Of a stretch of DNA of 64,000 nt, positions 36,011 through 46,964 are shown in pieces (the first letter of the stretch is position 1; each line of letters begins with the position of its first letter). Location of the stretch: the NCBI GenBank assembly GCA_963845755.1, contig CAWJTV010000011.1, positions 1,344,001 to 1,408,000 of the forward strand, written 5' to 3'. Origin of the DNA: an uncultured Planctomycetota bacterium. GTDB taxonomy: Bacteria; Planctomycetota; Planctomycetia; Isosphaerales; Isosphaeraceae. The notes below the pieces were generated by a model that worked only from the letters and a program-made list of their open reading frames with translations, was not told where the DNA came from and searched no databases. The position numbers and the translations under genes are program-made.

Positions 36011-36099
36011 AATTCAAGATTCAAAATGATGTAAGCCATGTCTGCATGAGATATTACGTCCATTGAATTCGGAATCTTGAATCTGGAATTCGGAATCTC
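36011..36099. repeat. ATTC/GAAT heptamer palindrome between convergent genes
   Basis: AATTCAAGATTCAAAA...TTGAATTCGGAATCTTGAATCTGGAATTCGGAATC. Confidence 0.5.
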
Positions 36100-36930
36100 C
36101 TATCCGATTCTTTCACATCCTCCGACCGAAAACAGGGAATCGCGCGTCCAGTACTGAATCAAGATTCCGGCCGCCACAGCGACGTTCAGCGAGCTGGCTC
36201 CGGGGCGCATGGGGATCGTGACGGCGCGCTCGCACAAGGCGAGCCACTCGGGATCGATGCCTTCGTGTTCATCGCCGAGGACCAGCCCGAGCCGTGGCGG
36301 CCGGGCGACGTTCTCGAACGATTTCGAGGCGGGATCGGCGACGGCGGCGAGGAGTGCGATCCCCGCGGTTTGGGCCAGCCCGCCGGCCACGTCGATCAGA
36401 CGGTCGCACACGATCACCGGTAGCCGCAGCACGGCCCCCATCGAGACCCTCAACACGCGCCGAGAGAACGGGTCGGGACACTCCGGTCCCACGAGGATCG
36501 CGTCGATCCCGAAGACGTCGCCGATCCGCGCCAGCGCTCCGAGGTTCTCCGGATTGCTGAGTTTTGGGCAGATCGCCAGGAAAACAGGCTGGTCGGGGCC
36601 CCCGACGATCGCCTCCAGGCTCGGCCAGGGACGACGCTCCGCACTGGCCAGCACGCCCCGGTGGAACGGGAAACCGACGATCGCGTCGACGAGTGCATGA
36701 GGCATGACATAGACCGGCACTTCGTCGGCGATCGCCACGTCGAGCTTCGAGTCGTAGCGATCGGTGACGAGGACCGAGACGACGGGGAACCGGCTCGCCA
36801 GCAGGCGCTCGACCAGCCGCTCGCCCTCGACGACGAACTGGCTCAGCCGCCGCGTCTCGTTCGTGGCCTTGAGCGCGCGATAGATGGCGATCCGGGGGTC
36901 GTCGAGATCGTCGATGGGGATTCGGGGCAT
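36100..36930 (-). CDS. TrmH/SpoU-family RNA methyltransferase
   Basis: FVVEG, NPENLGALAR, LVLGDEHEGI, TIPM, SSLNVAVAAGI. Confidence 0.93.
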   Translation of the reverse strand: MPRIPIDDLDDPRIAIYRALKATNETRRLSQFVVEGERLVERLLASRFPVVSVLVTDRYDSKLDVAIADEVPVYVMPHALVDAIVGFPFHRGVLASAERRPWPSLEAIVGGPDQPVFLAICPKLSNPENLGALARIGDVFGIDAILVGPECPDPFSRRVLRVSMGAVLRLPVIVCDRLIDVAGGLAQTAGIALLAAVADPASKSFENVARPPRLGLVLGDEHEGIDPEWLALCERAVTIPMRPGASSLNVAVAAGILIQYWTRDSLFSVGGCERIG

Positions 36931-36983
36931 GGAAACCGGTCCTGGGGACTGTCGGCTCCACCACGGATCGCTGCCACGGAGGT

Positions 36984-37700
36984 TTATTCCAGATAGGCAT
37001 CAACGGCCGCGGCGGTGTAGGTCCGTTCGAGATCGACGGGAACGGCCGAATGGACGTCCAAGGGCAGCGGGAGTGTAGGCAGCTTTGAACCCGGGGTCAG
37101 CGGCGGCTCCCAGATGGCGAGGAATCGTCCGCCGGTCGCCGCGGGCTCACCGACCCGATAGCTCACCGCGAACGGCGGCGGCAGAGGCCCGCGATCGACC
37201 GATAACTCGGCCGCAATCTGATCGGCGAACGAGAACCCGATCGGACGTCGATGCACGTCCACCAGCAGGAGATTGACGGCTTCGTGCAGATAACTGAGAT
37301 AACGCGCCTGGTAAATTTCACGAGCCGAGGCCCGGTCCTTGTTACGCGGCGAAATCAATTCGATGGCCGCGATCAGTCGCCCCTGCCTCTCGACGAACAG
37401 GGAGGTCCCCGGGTCGAGCGCAAAAACGGCCACCTCGATCTCGGGCTCGATCGCCTCTCCCGACGCGGACGTTCCATCGCTCTCCGAGGGATCGCCTGCC
37501 ATGATCGGAGCATCCGCCAACCGGTGGACTCCGACATCGGGACGGCCCTCGGGCGCGCCGACGGCCACGACAGGCGCCGAGCCAATGTAGGCCCGATAAC
37601 CCGCCGGCAATCGCGGCTTCACCCACCGAAGAAGTTCGGTGATCCAGAGATGGTGCATTCCCTCCCAGCCCGAGCGGTCGGTCCAATCGTGGAACGGCAT
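36984..37700 (-). CDS. DUF4058 family protein (restriction endonuclease-like fold)
   Basis: HDWT..GWEGMHHLWI, PDV, LIAAIELISPRNK, LPTLPLPL, VDLERTY. Confidence 0.85.
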   Translation of the reverse strand: MPFHDWTDRSGWEGMHHLWITELLRWVKPRLPAGYRAYIGSAPVVAVGAPEGRPDVGVHRLADAPIMAGDPSESDGTSASGEAIEPEIEVAVFALDPGTSLFVERQGRLIAAIELISPRNKDRASAREIYQARYLSYLHEAVNLLLVDVHRRPIGFSFADQIAAELSVDRGPLPPPFAVSYRVGEPAATGGRFLAIWEPPLTPGSKLPTLPLPLDVHSAVPVDLERTYTAAAVDAYLE

Positions 37701-37939
37701 GGTTGTCGAACCTCATCCAGAACGAGCCAGGAACTTCGCGGACGGAAACATCGCTTGACTTCAGTATACTGTCGGACCAGGAGGATCGGAATCGGCCTGA
37801 GAGCAAGCATGCCCAACGAACGCAACTGTGAGTTCGGGTGAATCTCGTTTTCCCCGAAAAACTCTGATTGCCAGCGGTCTCTCGCGACACTACTGGAAAA
37901 CACCAACATTCCAGGCGCATTCTTCAAGGTCCGTGAACC

Positions 37940-40900
37940 GTGATCAGCGAACCCTCCCGCGCGGCACCAAGATACCTGTCGGACCTGTTCCGGAACGGCA
38001 CGCCGGCCGCCCTGAGCGACAGCGAGCTGCTGGACCGGTTCGCCGTGCGCCCCAGCGAGCACGACGAGACCGTCGAGCTGGCCTTTGCCGCACTTCTGGC
38101 TCGACACGGCCCGATGGTGCTGCGTGTCTGCCGTGCGCAGCTCGGCGATCGGCACGAGGTCGAGGATGCCTTCCAGGCCACGTTCCTGGTCCTGGCCGTC
38201 CGGCGCGGTCGATCCGTCGTCGCGGTTCGGTGGCATCCTGGCTTCACGGAGTAGCGCTCGCATCGCGGCCGCGGAGCGCTCGCGTGCGGCGCGCCGACGG
38301 CGGCACGAACAAACCAAGGCTGCAATGACCTCTTCCACGACCGAAGAGGCGGAGAACGATCCGGTGCTCGACCGCGAGCGAACGCTCATCATCCAGGAGG
38401 AGATCGGTCGCCTTCCCGAGAAATACCGGGCGGCGGTGGTCCTGTGCTATCTCGAAGGCTTGACCCACGAGATGGCCGCCGAACACCTCGGCTGGCCGGT
38501 CGGTTCGGTTCGGAGCCGGCTGGCCTGGTGCGAGAGCGGCTTCGCGTGCGGTTGACCCGCCGCGGAGTCGAGTCCGCTGCCCTCTCATGCGATCGGTCGG
38601 GAACGGCGAACGACCGGGAATCGGCCCCACCGTCGGTCTTCGTCGCGACAAGCCTGGTGGACACAACGCTGGGCGGGGCCTTACGAATTGGGCTGGGCAA
38701 GCCCGCGCTAACTGGGATCGTCTCGGCCGAGGCCATCGCGCTGATGGAGGGGATCGTGAAATCCATGACGACCGCGAAAGTGATCTTCGTGACGGCCGCG
38801 ATCCTCATCGCCGGTCTGGTGACCGCGGGGGCCGGTGTGCTGGGCTATTCCGCGACCCACGCGGAGAATCCCGCGCCAGCGGTTACCCCAGAACAAGCCG
38901 CCAGCCCACCGGCCACGGCCGCTCCGGTCGCGCAAGATCCGCCCCGTACCACCGCCACGAAACCGGCCGCCAATCCCGGGCCGCTCGTCGTGCAGATCGA
39001 AGTCGTCGATCCGGAGGGGCATCGGCTGTCTGGAGCCGAAGTCGTCACGACGATCTCGTATACACGCGGCACGGAGAACGCCGACTCGGTCCTCGAGCGA
39101 GCCCGCTCCGACGGCCAGGGCCAGGTCCGGCTCGAGGTCGCTCGCGAGCGCCCGGCGCGAAAGTCCAGGGTGCGTTCGTCTGGGCCTATCAACCCGGCCA
39201 CGCGATGGCGACGACGAGCTTCTCGCTGATGAATGGCACATCTCCGCCGACGACCCGCCTGACGCTTGATCAACCGGTGAAATGGACGATCACCGTCGTC
39301 GGGCCGGATGACCGGCCCATCGCGGGACTTCGCCTCGCTCCCCGGAAGCTTCGGAGCTTGGTCCGCAGACCCACGATGAGCGTGCTTACGATCGCCTCTG
39401 ATGAGCTGCTCGAGCCGCTGACGGTGACCACGGACGCCCAGGGCGTGGCCACGTTGTCCTATCTTTCTCGAGACATGGCGCCCCTGTCGATCGAGGTGAC
39501 CGGTCCCGGAGTCGCCCCGCACACGCTACCGCTCGACACTCCCATCGGGAATGCGACGACCCTCAAGCTCGGCGGCTCCGGGCGGGTGGTCGGCATCGTC
39601 CGCACGGCATCCGGCGAGCCGCTGACCGGCGTCCCGGTGGAAGTCTGGGTCCAGGGGGCGGGGACTCTGCCGGCCGGTGTCGGCATCCCTGGCCTGACTC
39701 GCCGGATCACGGCCGACGCGATCGTCCGGCCCGATCCGCAGCCCGTGAAAACCGGCCCGCAAGGTACGTTCCAGACTCCACCGACCCTATTGAACGGTTC
39801 GGTGTATCGCGTGGCCATCCGGCAAGACGGGTTCGTGCCGTTCGTCTCCGACTGGGTGAAGCTGGACGGCGAACGCGCCACGATTCCGCTCATCCGTCTC
39901 CAGCCGCTCCAGAAGCTGACCGGTCAGATCCAGGACCGCCAGGGCCGTGCGGTCGCCGGTGCCCGCGTCTTCCTGCCGTCGGGCGGTCCCGCATCGACGA
40001 CCGACGCCAACGGCCGATTTGCGCTGACCGGCATCAACCCTGGAAAGGCCGTTCTCCTGGCCGAAAGGAGCGGTTTCCGGCTCCAGGGCTGGCTGGTCGA
40101 TCCGTCGTCACGGGCCGAGGTGGGGTCATTGACCTTGGCTCGCACGAGCGAAACTCCCGAGCGTGTCGTGAAGCCACTCGCCGACCCGATCCCACCCGCG
40201 GAATCCCGCGCCCTGGCCGACCGCCTGCTGGAGCCCTTCTTGCGCGACACCCCGGAAAACGCCGGCAGCGCCCGCAAACTGCGGGCGATCTCGGTGCTGA
40301 GCGAGTTCGACCTCAACCGCGCGCTCGACCTGTTACAGAACGGTAAGTTCGCCGATGATGATTTCCAGTATGAGAACATCCGGGCATCCTTGGCGGACAA
40401 GCTTGCGGCGAAGGACCCCGTGGAAGCCGAGGCGTTCATCGAGACGATGCCCGATCCCTTGATGAAGAGCCGCGCCCTGGTGAGTTTGGCCAGCGCCCTT
40501 CCCGCTTCGGAGCGCGTTCGGAAGCAAGCCTTGATAGAACGTGCGATCACACTGTCCAGGGATCGGCTCCGACAGGTCAACGCCAGAGCACGGCTGTTTT
40601 ACCTCTCGGGGATCGCCGAGCAATGGCTGGACATGGGCGAGCGCGATCGAGCCCGGCCCCTGCTTCAGGAAGGGAAGTCCCTCTTTGATTCCCTCCCTCT
40701 CCAGAATGCTGTCCGAGAAACCCGTTTTCTGGTCCAACTCGCGCGGCTCGAGACCGATCAGGCCCTGACACGGTTGCAGAAGCTCCCGAAACGGACGAAT
40801 ACGAGGACTCGCGACGATGCGCTGGCCGCGGCCGCCGCCGAGCTAGCGACCGATCAGCCAGCCGAGGCCGAGCGGTTCTTCAATCAACGAGAGGGCGCTG

Positions 40901-41643
40901 GGGACCCGTTTCTCTCCCACACCAGCATCATGCGACTGTGCCGTCGCCTGGCCCGGATCGATCCACCGCGCGCCCGTCGCGTCGCCGCGTCGCTGAGCGG
41001 TCGCGGCTCCCGGGCCTGTGCCTGGGCGTCCGTGGCGCTCGGCCTGGCCGAGAAGGGCAACGCCGAAGCCACCGAGGCACTGGACCGCGCCATCCAGGAG
41101 ATCGATCAGGTTCGGGAGTCCGGACCGGGTCCCGAATTCATGATCATCGTCGGCGGCGTCCGCTTGATGTACCCGGCCAACCCCGCCGTCGTGATCCTGC
41201 CGGCTGTCGAGCGGATCGCTCCCGATCGGCTGGCTGACGTTTTCTGGCGCGCCGTGGCGCTTCATCCCCGGCTCGAAAGCGAACGTGAGGATCGATTCCA
41301 GAACTCGTTCGTGGGCTTCGAGTGCATGCTGCTGTCGCGTTATGACCGCGAGGTGGCCGCCGCACTCTTCCAGCCGATCGATTCCTACTTGAACGCGCTC
41401 GCCAGCGAGAAAGGTCGCAGTCCCGCATTCACGCCCAGCCTCATCATGGGCAAGTGCTGCATCGACCCCCGGTCCGCCGTCGTGCTGCTCGAAGCACTGA
41501 CACCGCCTCGAGCTCTCAACCGCGAGAACGACCCTACAATCGTGGGGCGGCTCCGCCTGGCCGAAGTGCTGGGCCTGCCACCCGAAAAACGCTGGACGCG
41601 GCTCTGGCGTTCCATCACCGCCCAGCTCCCGCTCGACGATTGA
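37940..41643 (+). CDS. ECF sigma-70 factor with TM helix and a ~900-aa C-terminal extension (carboxypeptidase-regulatory-like beta-sandwiches, then helical region); frameshifted
   Basis: LSDSELLDRF, AFAALLARHGPMVLRVC, EDAFQATFLVL, LPEKYRAAVVLCYLEGLTHEMAA..LGWPVGSVRSRLA; TM after MTTAKV; GxVxDxxGxPxxGAxV-like repeats. Confidence 0.88.
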
Positions 41644-41824
41644 TGGAGCCTCTCCGTTCCTCGATCCGTGGATCTCCCGAGAATCCTCAGCTCGGCCCCG
41701 TGCCGACGGCGAACTGTTGCATGCCGCTCACCGTGACCAAAAGAGTGAGCGAGGAATGTGTCTCTGGGACTGATATCCTCCAGGCCCTCCCAAAAAGTCG
41801 CATCGGAACGCCTGGAAGAAGTCT

Positions 41825-41978
41825 TAGAGTCGTCCTCCGTAGGATCGCTGCGCCGTGCGCGCATCTGGGGATTCCGAATTCCGGATTCGCGATTCCGGAT
41901 TCCCGGATCATTCCCCTTCGGGAATCCGGGATCGCGAATCGGGAATCCCGATTGGGTTGCGGCCGAAGGCCGCGTTAG
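41825..41978 (-). repeat. Single copy of the ~151-bp palindromic repeat bounded by TAG at both ends
   Basis: TAGAGTCGTCCTCCGTAGGATC...GGGTTGCGGCCGAAGGCCGCGTTAG. Confidence 0.9.
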
Positions 41979-42190
41979 GGAAAGCGGTCGCTTTGATGCT
42001 GAAAGTTGACAAGGACCCCCAGAGCGGTGTCCGCGCTTTCAGCCTCGTCGATAACGCGACCTTCCTGGCCCGGTACGACCGCCAGGTGGCCGACGTGTTC
42101 CTCGCGCAGACCGCGGCATCCCTCCCACGCGGACTCAGGGGGGACATTCGGTCCGACTTGACGGGCATGCGGGCCGAGGCGACTTATGAA
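41979..42190 (+). pseudogene. Gene fragment resembling the helical C-terminus of the upstream ECF extension
   Basis: KAVALMLKV...FLARYDRQVADVF resembles WRAVALHPRL...LLSRYDREVAAALF; no start codon or N-terminal part. Confidence 0.45.
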
Positions 42191-45100
42191 TAGATATCGC
42201 AGGAAATGCAGTATCGTCGGCCGGGGATACCGGGAACCGAGCGGCCACATCCGGGACAGGTCCCGGAGTCCGGCGCGGAGCGGGTCGGGGTGGTCCGGCC
42301 GGGGATGCTTCAACGCGCGGGGCAGGAGCCGGCGGCGGCGGGGATGGCGCCGGTGGCCGCGACGGGCCTGGGACCGTGGGGGCAGGTCTGACGGGGAGGG
42401 GCGGTGAAGGCATTGCCGGCGGCCGAGGCGGGGCCAACGGCGCGGGACGTTGCGGCGCCGCCGGCGGAGGAGCGGTTGCCGTCGCCGAGGCGGCCGTCCG
42501 CACGGTCACGACGATCGACTCGATCGAATGCGATTCATCCGGTCGCATCTCGGTCACCGTCCCCGAAGTCACGTCCTCTCTCTTGATCTTCCCGTCAAGG
42601 AACCGGTATCGGTAGGCCACCGGGGCGGCGCCTCGGGCATAGATCGTGGCGGCCCGCGTATTGCTGCCGATACTGACCGGCTCGACTCCCAGGTTGACGG
42701 TCCGGGATTCTCCGCCGCCATAACAGACCTCGAGCCAGGCCTTGCGAGCGATGCGCTCGGCCAGGGCTAGCATCAGGCCCAGGGCCAGGCCCAGCAGGAT
42801 CGCACCCAGGACGCGACCTCCGGCATCGCCGCCGGGCATTCCGCACAGCGCCAGCGTCGCCCCGAGGAACGCCAGGGCTCCGGCTGCCCCGCCCACGGCC
42901 CCGCCGATCATCCCGCGGTCGGAGGCGCAGGTTGGGTACGAAGAAGGCGAGGACCAGCCCCGCCAGCGAGCCGAGGAGGGACCAGCCCAGGACGCGGAAG
43001 AGCACCTCACCGGCCGGAGTACCCGGGGCCACCTGGTAAAGGAGCTGCCCGGCCACCCCGCCGGCCAGGCCGGCGACCAGGCCGCCGAGCCAGCCCCACA
43101 CCGCGCCGCTTGCCGGCAGCCAGCCCTGGCGCAGATACACATGCTGTCCGGCACAGAGTGCCATCGAGATCATCGCCGTGATCACGGCGGTCCAGGCGGC
43201 GATCGCCGCCAGGAGCCGGAGGGAGCTCCCCACATCGAACGTCTCTTGAGATTGTACGCCTTTGAGCACGGGCGGCGGCGAGATCGCGGGAAGGTCTCGG
43301 GCCGCCTGGGCCGCCGCCAAGGGCGGCGGTGTTGCCGACGCGGGGGATCCAGAGGTGCCACGGCCAGGGCTACGGCCGCCGGGGGCGCGGGCGGCGGCAG
43401 CGACTCCGCGGCCGGGGGCACCGGTGGCTGGCTGGCGATCTTGATGCGTGCGATCTCCCGGCTCACCTCGGGCAATAACTCCGCGAAGGCCCCCGGCTTC
43501 CGCGCGGCTTGCCCGAGGTCGAAGACCGCGCCGCGCGCCTTGGCTTGCAAGGGCTCGAAGACGGGTCGGAACTGGTTGCGAATCACGAGATGAAGCTGGT
43601 CGATCCGGGCTCGATCAAGGAGGTCGGCCATCTGCTCGAGCGACCGGACCTCCAGGTCCGGAATGTGTGGACCGGCGTCGGTGATCAGGATCAGCGCCCG
43701 GCTGGCGTCGTCCCGGAACGACTGGCGGGCCGCCAGCAAGAGAGCATCGAGGCTGCTCTCCGGGATGTCGCCTCCACCGAAAGCGACCAGGCTCTTGCCG
43801 ACCTCCTCGCCGAACGCTCGGTAGTCCTTGGTAAAGACCTCATTACCGATGTGGAGCAATTGCGGCGCGAGATCGAGTGGCTTCGGTGCGAAGAAGCCGA
43901 ACACGGGATGCATGGCCGGCGCCGCGCCGGCGGTGGCCGGGAAGAACCACGGCCTTCTTGGCTGGCTTCATGATCATCAGGTGGTCGCGAAACCCCGTCA
44001 GGCCGATCCGAATGTCCATCTTGCGCTGTTCCAGTTCCCTGGCGAACTCGATGATGCCGTCGCGAATCCCTTCGATGGCCCAGGTCATGCTGGAGGTCAC
44101 GTCCAGGACGAACATGACGTCGACTTTCAGGGGAGCCGACTTGGTGGGGTTGACCGTCAGGTCCAGGCGGCTGAACGCCTTCGGGGGATCCGTCGCGCCG
44201 GGCAGACCATCGGGGCCGGTGGCGGTCACGGACACCGGCTGCGTTCCGACCGAAGCCTCTGCCGTCGCCTGGACCTCGATCTCGCCCTGAGTCGCGTCTT
44301 CCGGCAGTTTGAGCCGCGTGGCGGTCACACCGGCCGGCAAATTGCCGAGCTCCACGTCGACCGGACCGCGGAACTGGTCTCGCGCGACGATCACACCGAA
44401 ACTGTTCTTGCTCGCCTGGTCCACGACCACGCCGGGCGAGACGCTCAGCCGCAATCCCGGGGGTAGTGTCGGACGCGCGTCGATCCTGAGGCTCAACCGG
44501 CTGGCCGCCGTCGGAGGTTCGGTCGCTCCCGGCAGCCGGACGGGGCCGGTCGCGGTCACGGGCAGCGCCTTCGTCCCGACGGGTGCCGACGCATCGGCCT
44601 GGAGCCGGATCTCGCCCGATGTTGCTTCCGGCGACAGGCTCAGCGCATTGGCGGATACGCCCTCCGGGAGCCCTCCCACCTCGACCGTGACCGGACCGCG
44701 GAAGTAGTCCCGCGCGATGACGACTCCGATACGGTTCTCGCCGCCTTGCGGCAAGACGACTTCCGGCGAGACGTTCATCCGCAGCCCCGGCGGGTTTGGC
44801 TGGGCCGCTCGGATGTTCAGTCGGAGACTCGCCGCGGCGGAGCACACGTCGGGTCGTGGAGGGCTTTCTGCCTCCAGGGCGATCTCGCTCGACCCGACCG
44901 TCGAGTCGGCCGCGGCTTCCACCTCCACGTCCGTCTCGCCTCGATCTGCGGGGATGGTGACCGGGGCGATCACGACACCTTCCGGAGGATGAACGGCCTT
45001 CAATGTAACGGGCCCGACCCATCCCTCACGAGCGACCTTGACCCCGAAGCGACCCTTCCCCCCCTGATAGACCTCGAGCCACGGCGACGTAGCCAGGCGC

Positions 45101-45261
45101 AGCGGTGGAATCGAGCGCACGGCCGGCGACGAAGGTCGCAAGACCCTCCAGAGTGCCTCTCCGAAGATGAGGGCGCCGAAGAGACCTCCCAATGCCCCGT
45201 ACAGCCCGAAAAGCCATGGTTTCGGGAGCGTGCGACGCAACCAATCGTTCAAGCCGTTCAT
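42184..45261 (-). CDS. Large membrane protein: TM helix, three Ig-like repeats, vWA, TM bundle, FHA-like region, Pro-rich linker, C-terminal zinc ribbon; frameshifted
   Basis: Three LRL.VSP...V.Q.G.N..GV..ARD.F.GPV repeats; vWA DVMFVLDVTSSM, GLTGFRD, GGGDIPESSLDAL, LITDA; end CPGCGRSVPGIPGRRYCISCDIYS*. Confidence 0.78.
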
Positions 45262-45411
45262 GGGATTCGACCGCTCCGCAGCAAGGACCCGTCGCAAATT
45301 GCCGGTATCAGGAGATCCACAAATGCCCCGGACTGCTGGATAACTTGCGGGCTGATTCTTCCGCGCCGTGGCCGCCTCGCGATCCTGGTCCCACGGCGAC
45401 GGTGCGCGGAC

Positions 45412-46809
45412 TCAAAAAGAAAGGTCGCAGAGGATACAGTAGCGTTGGCCCGGGGGCACCGGCTTCCGGCAGCTTGGACAGAGAGTCGCTCCGTCTGGGG
45501 CGGTGGTTGGTGCCGAGACGGGTGCGCTCGCCGCGGCCGGCGCCGCCGGCCGCAGCGGTGCCGTCGGGGATGTTGTCGAAGCCGGGGCAGGCCTCGGCAA
45601 CGTCACCGCGGGCACGGGCTTGGGGACGGGAGGGGTCGTCGGGGCTGTGGGTTTCGGCGCCGGGGCGACCGGAGGCTTCAACGGCGGGGCGACCGGAGGC
45701 TTCAACGGCGGGGCGACCGGGGGCTTCAACGGCGGGGCGACCGGGGGGGGCTTCGGCGCCGGGGTGGTCATCGGTGGCGGTGGCGCGGGGGCGGTCATCG
45801 GTGGCGGTGGCGCGGGGGCGGCCATCGGTGGCGCCGGTCGCGGTAATGGCGGTGTGGGCAGCGACACGGGTGGGGGGGCTGACGCGGCGGTCGCGGTCGC
45901 GGGTATCGGGGGAGCCATCCCGGCCGTCGCCGCGGCTTCACTGGACCGGTGGTGTCGCTCGCTGAACCGGATCGAGTTCATCCCGAGCCGGATGACGTCA
46001 CCGTCGTTGAGCAGGACCCGGCCGTCGATCCGCATGTTGTTGACTCGAGTCCCCTGACGGCTCTGGTTATCCTCGAGGGCGAACCGGCCGTCGGGCTGGC
46101 GAGTGATCCGTGCGTGTACCTGCTCCACGTCCGTGTCGCTGCGAGCCATGAAGGGCAAGGTTGCGTATTCGGCACTTCCCAGGATCGTTTGGGACTCGGA
46201 CAGGATGAGCTGGCGGCCGGGCCGATAGCCGTCGAGCACGGTCAACCAGGCAGCCTTGAAGACCACCTTGACCAGCCCGATCAGGATGCCGATACACATC
46301 CCCAGGATGACGAATGCAGTGGCCCGGCTGCTCATCCCCGAGCTCGACGCGATCAGCGCCACGATCGGATCGAACAGGAATCCGCCGACCAGGCCGCCGA
46401 TGGCCCCGCCGATCAAGCCGTTGCGGAGCTTGGCCGGCGATCGCTCGTACAAGCCCTCGACAACGCCGATTCCCGCCCCCATGATCATCCAGCCGAAGGC
46501 GCACGGCAACCGGAAGGAGCTGAACAGGATATCGCCCAGGAAGCCGCCGACGGCCCCTCCGACCCCTCCCGCGATCAAGCCGGGGACGACGCGCTTGATC
46601 TGTTGCTTCCACTGGCCGTTGGCCATCCCGGCGACCAGGTTCAGTCCCGCGCCGATGGCGCCTCCGACCAGGGCACACATCACGATGACACCGGTGCGGC
46701 CTCCCTCCGCGCCGCTCCGGCGGGTCAGGAACTCCGAGACCATCCATCCCAGGAACGCCGACCATCCGCCGATGATCGCGCTATAGTAAATGAGCCGGTT
46801 CAGGGACAT
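45412..46809 (-). CDS. Multi-pass membrane protein with FHA domain, Pro-rich linker and C-terminal zinc ribbon
   Basis: About 6 Gly-rich TM helices; HARI...DNQSRQGTRVNN...LNDGDVIRLG (FHA); CPSC...RYCILCD. Confidence 0.85.
   Translation of the reverse strand: MSLNRLIYYSAIIGGWSAFLGWMVSEFLTRRSGAEGGRTGVIVMCALVGGAIGAGLNLVAGMANGQWKQQIKRVVPGLIAGGVGGAVGGFLGDILFSSFRLPCAFGWMIMGAGIGVVEGLYERSPAKLRNGLIGGAIGGLVGGFLFDPIVALIASSSGMSSRATAFVILGMCIGILIGLVKVVFKAAWLTVLDGYRPGRQLILSESQTILGSAEYATLPFMARSDTDVEQVHARITRQPDGRFALEDNQSRQGTRVNNMRIDGRVLLNDGDVIRLGMNSIRFSERHHRSSEAAATAGMAPPIPATATAASAPPPVSLPTPPLPRPAPPMAAPAPPPPMTAPAPPPPMTTPAPKPPPVAPPLKPPVAPPLKPPVAPPLKPPVAPAPKPTAPTTPPVPKPVPAVTLPRPAPASTTSPTAPLRPAAPAAASAPVSAPTTAPDGATLCPSCRKPVPPGQRYCILCDLSF
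45661..45833 (-). repeat. Coding tandem repeats: 24 bp (KPPVAPPL, about 4 copies) and 27 bp (PAPPPPMTA-like, about 2-3 copies)
   Basis: CGGGGCGACCGG(A/G)GGCTTCAACGG repeats and GGTCATCGGTGGCGGTGGCGCGGGGGC repeats. Confidence 0.85.
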
Positions 46810-46964
46810 GCCTACCTCGTTTCTTACAGGCTGTTTCCGAAAGGGGACTGGTTCCGAGTCTTCGAGGTGCCTGTCCCCGTCGGGAAACAGCTCCTTACGC
46901 GAGTGGCGACGGTTCTCGATGCCGTCACGCCGGTCAAGCCGTATTCCACGGTCGCTCGGCGGCT

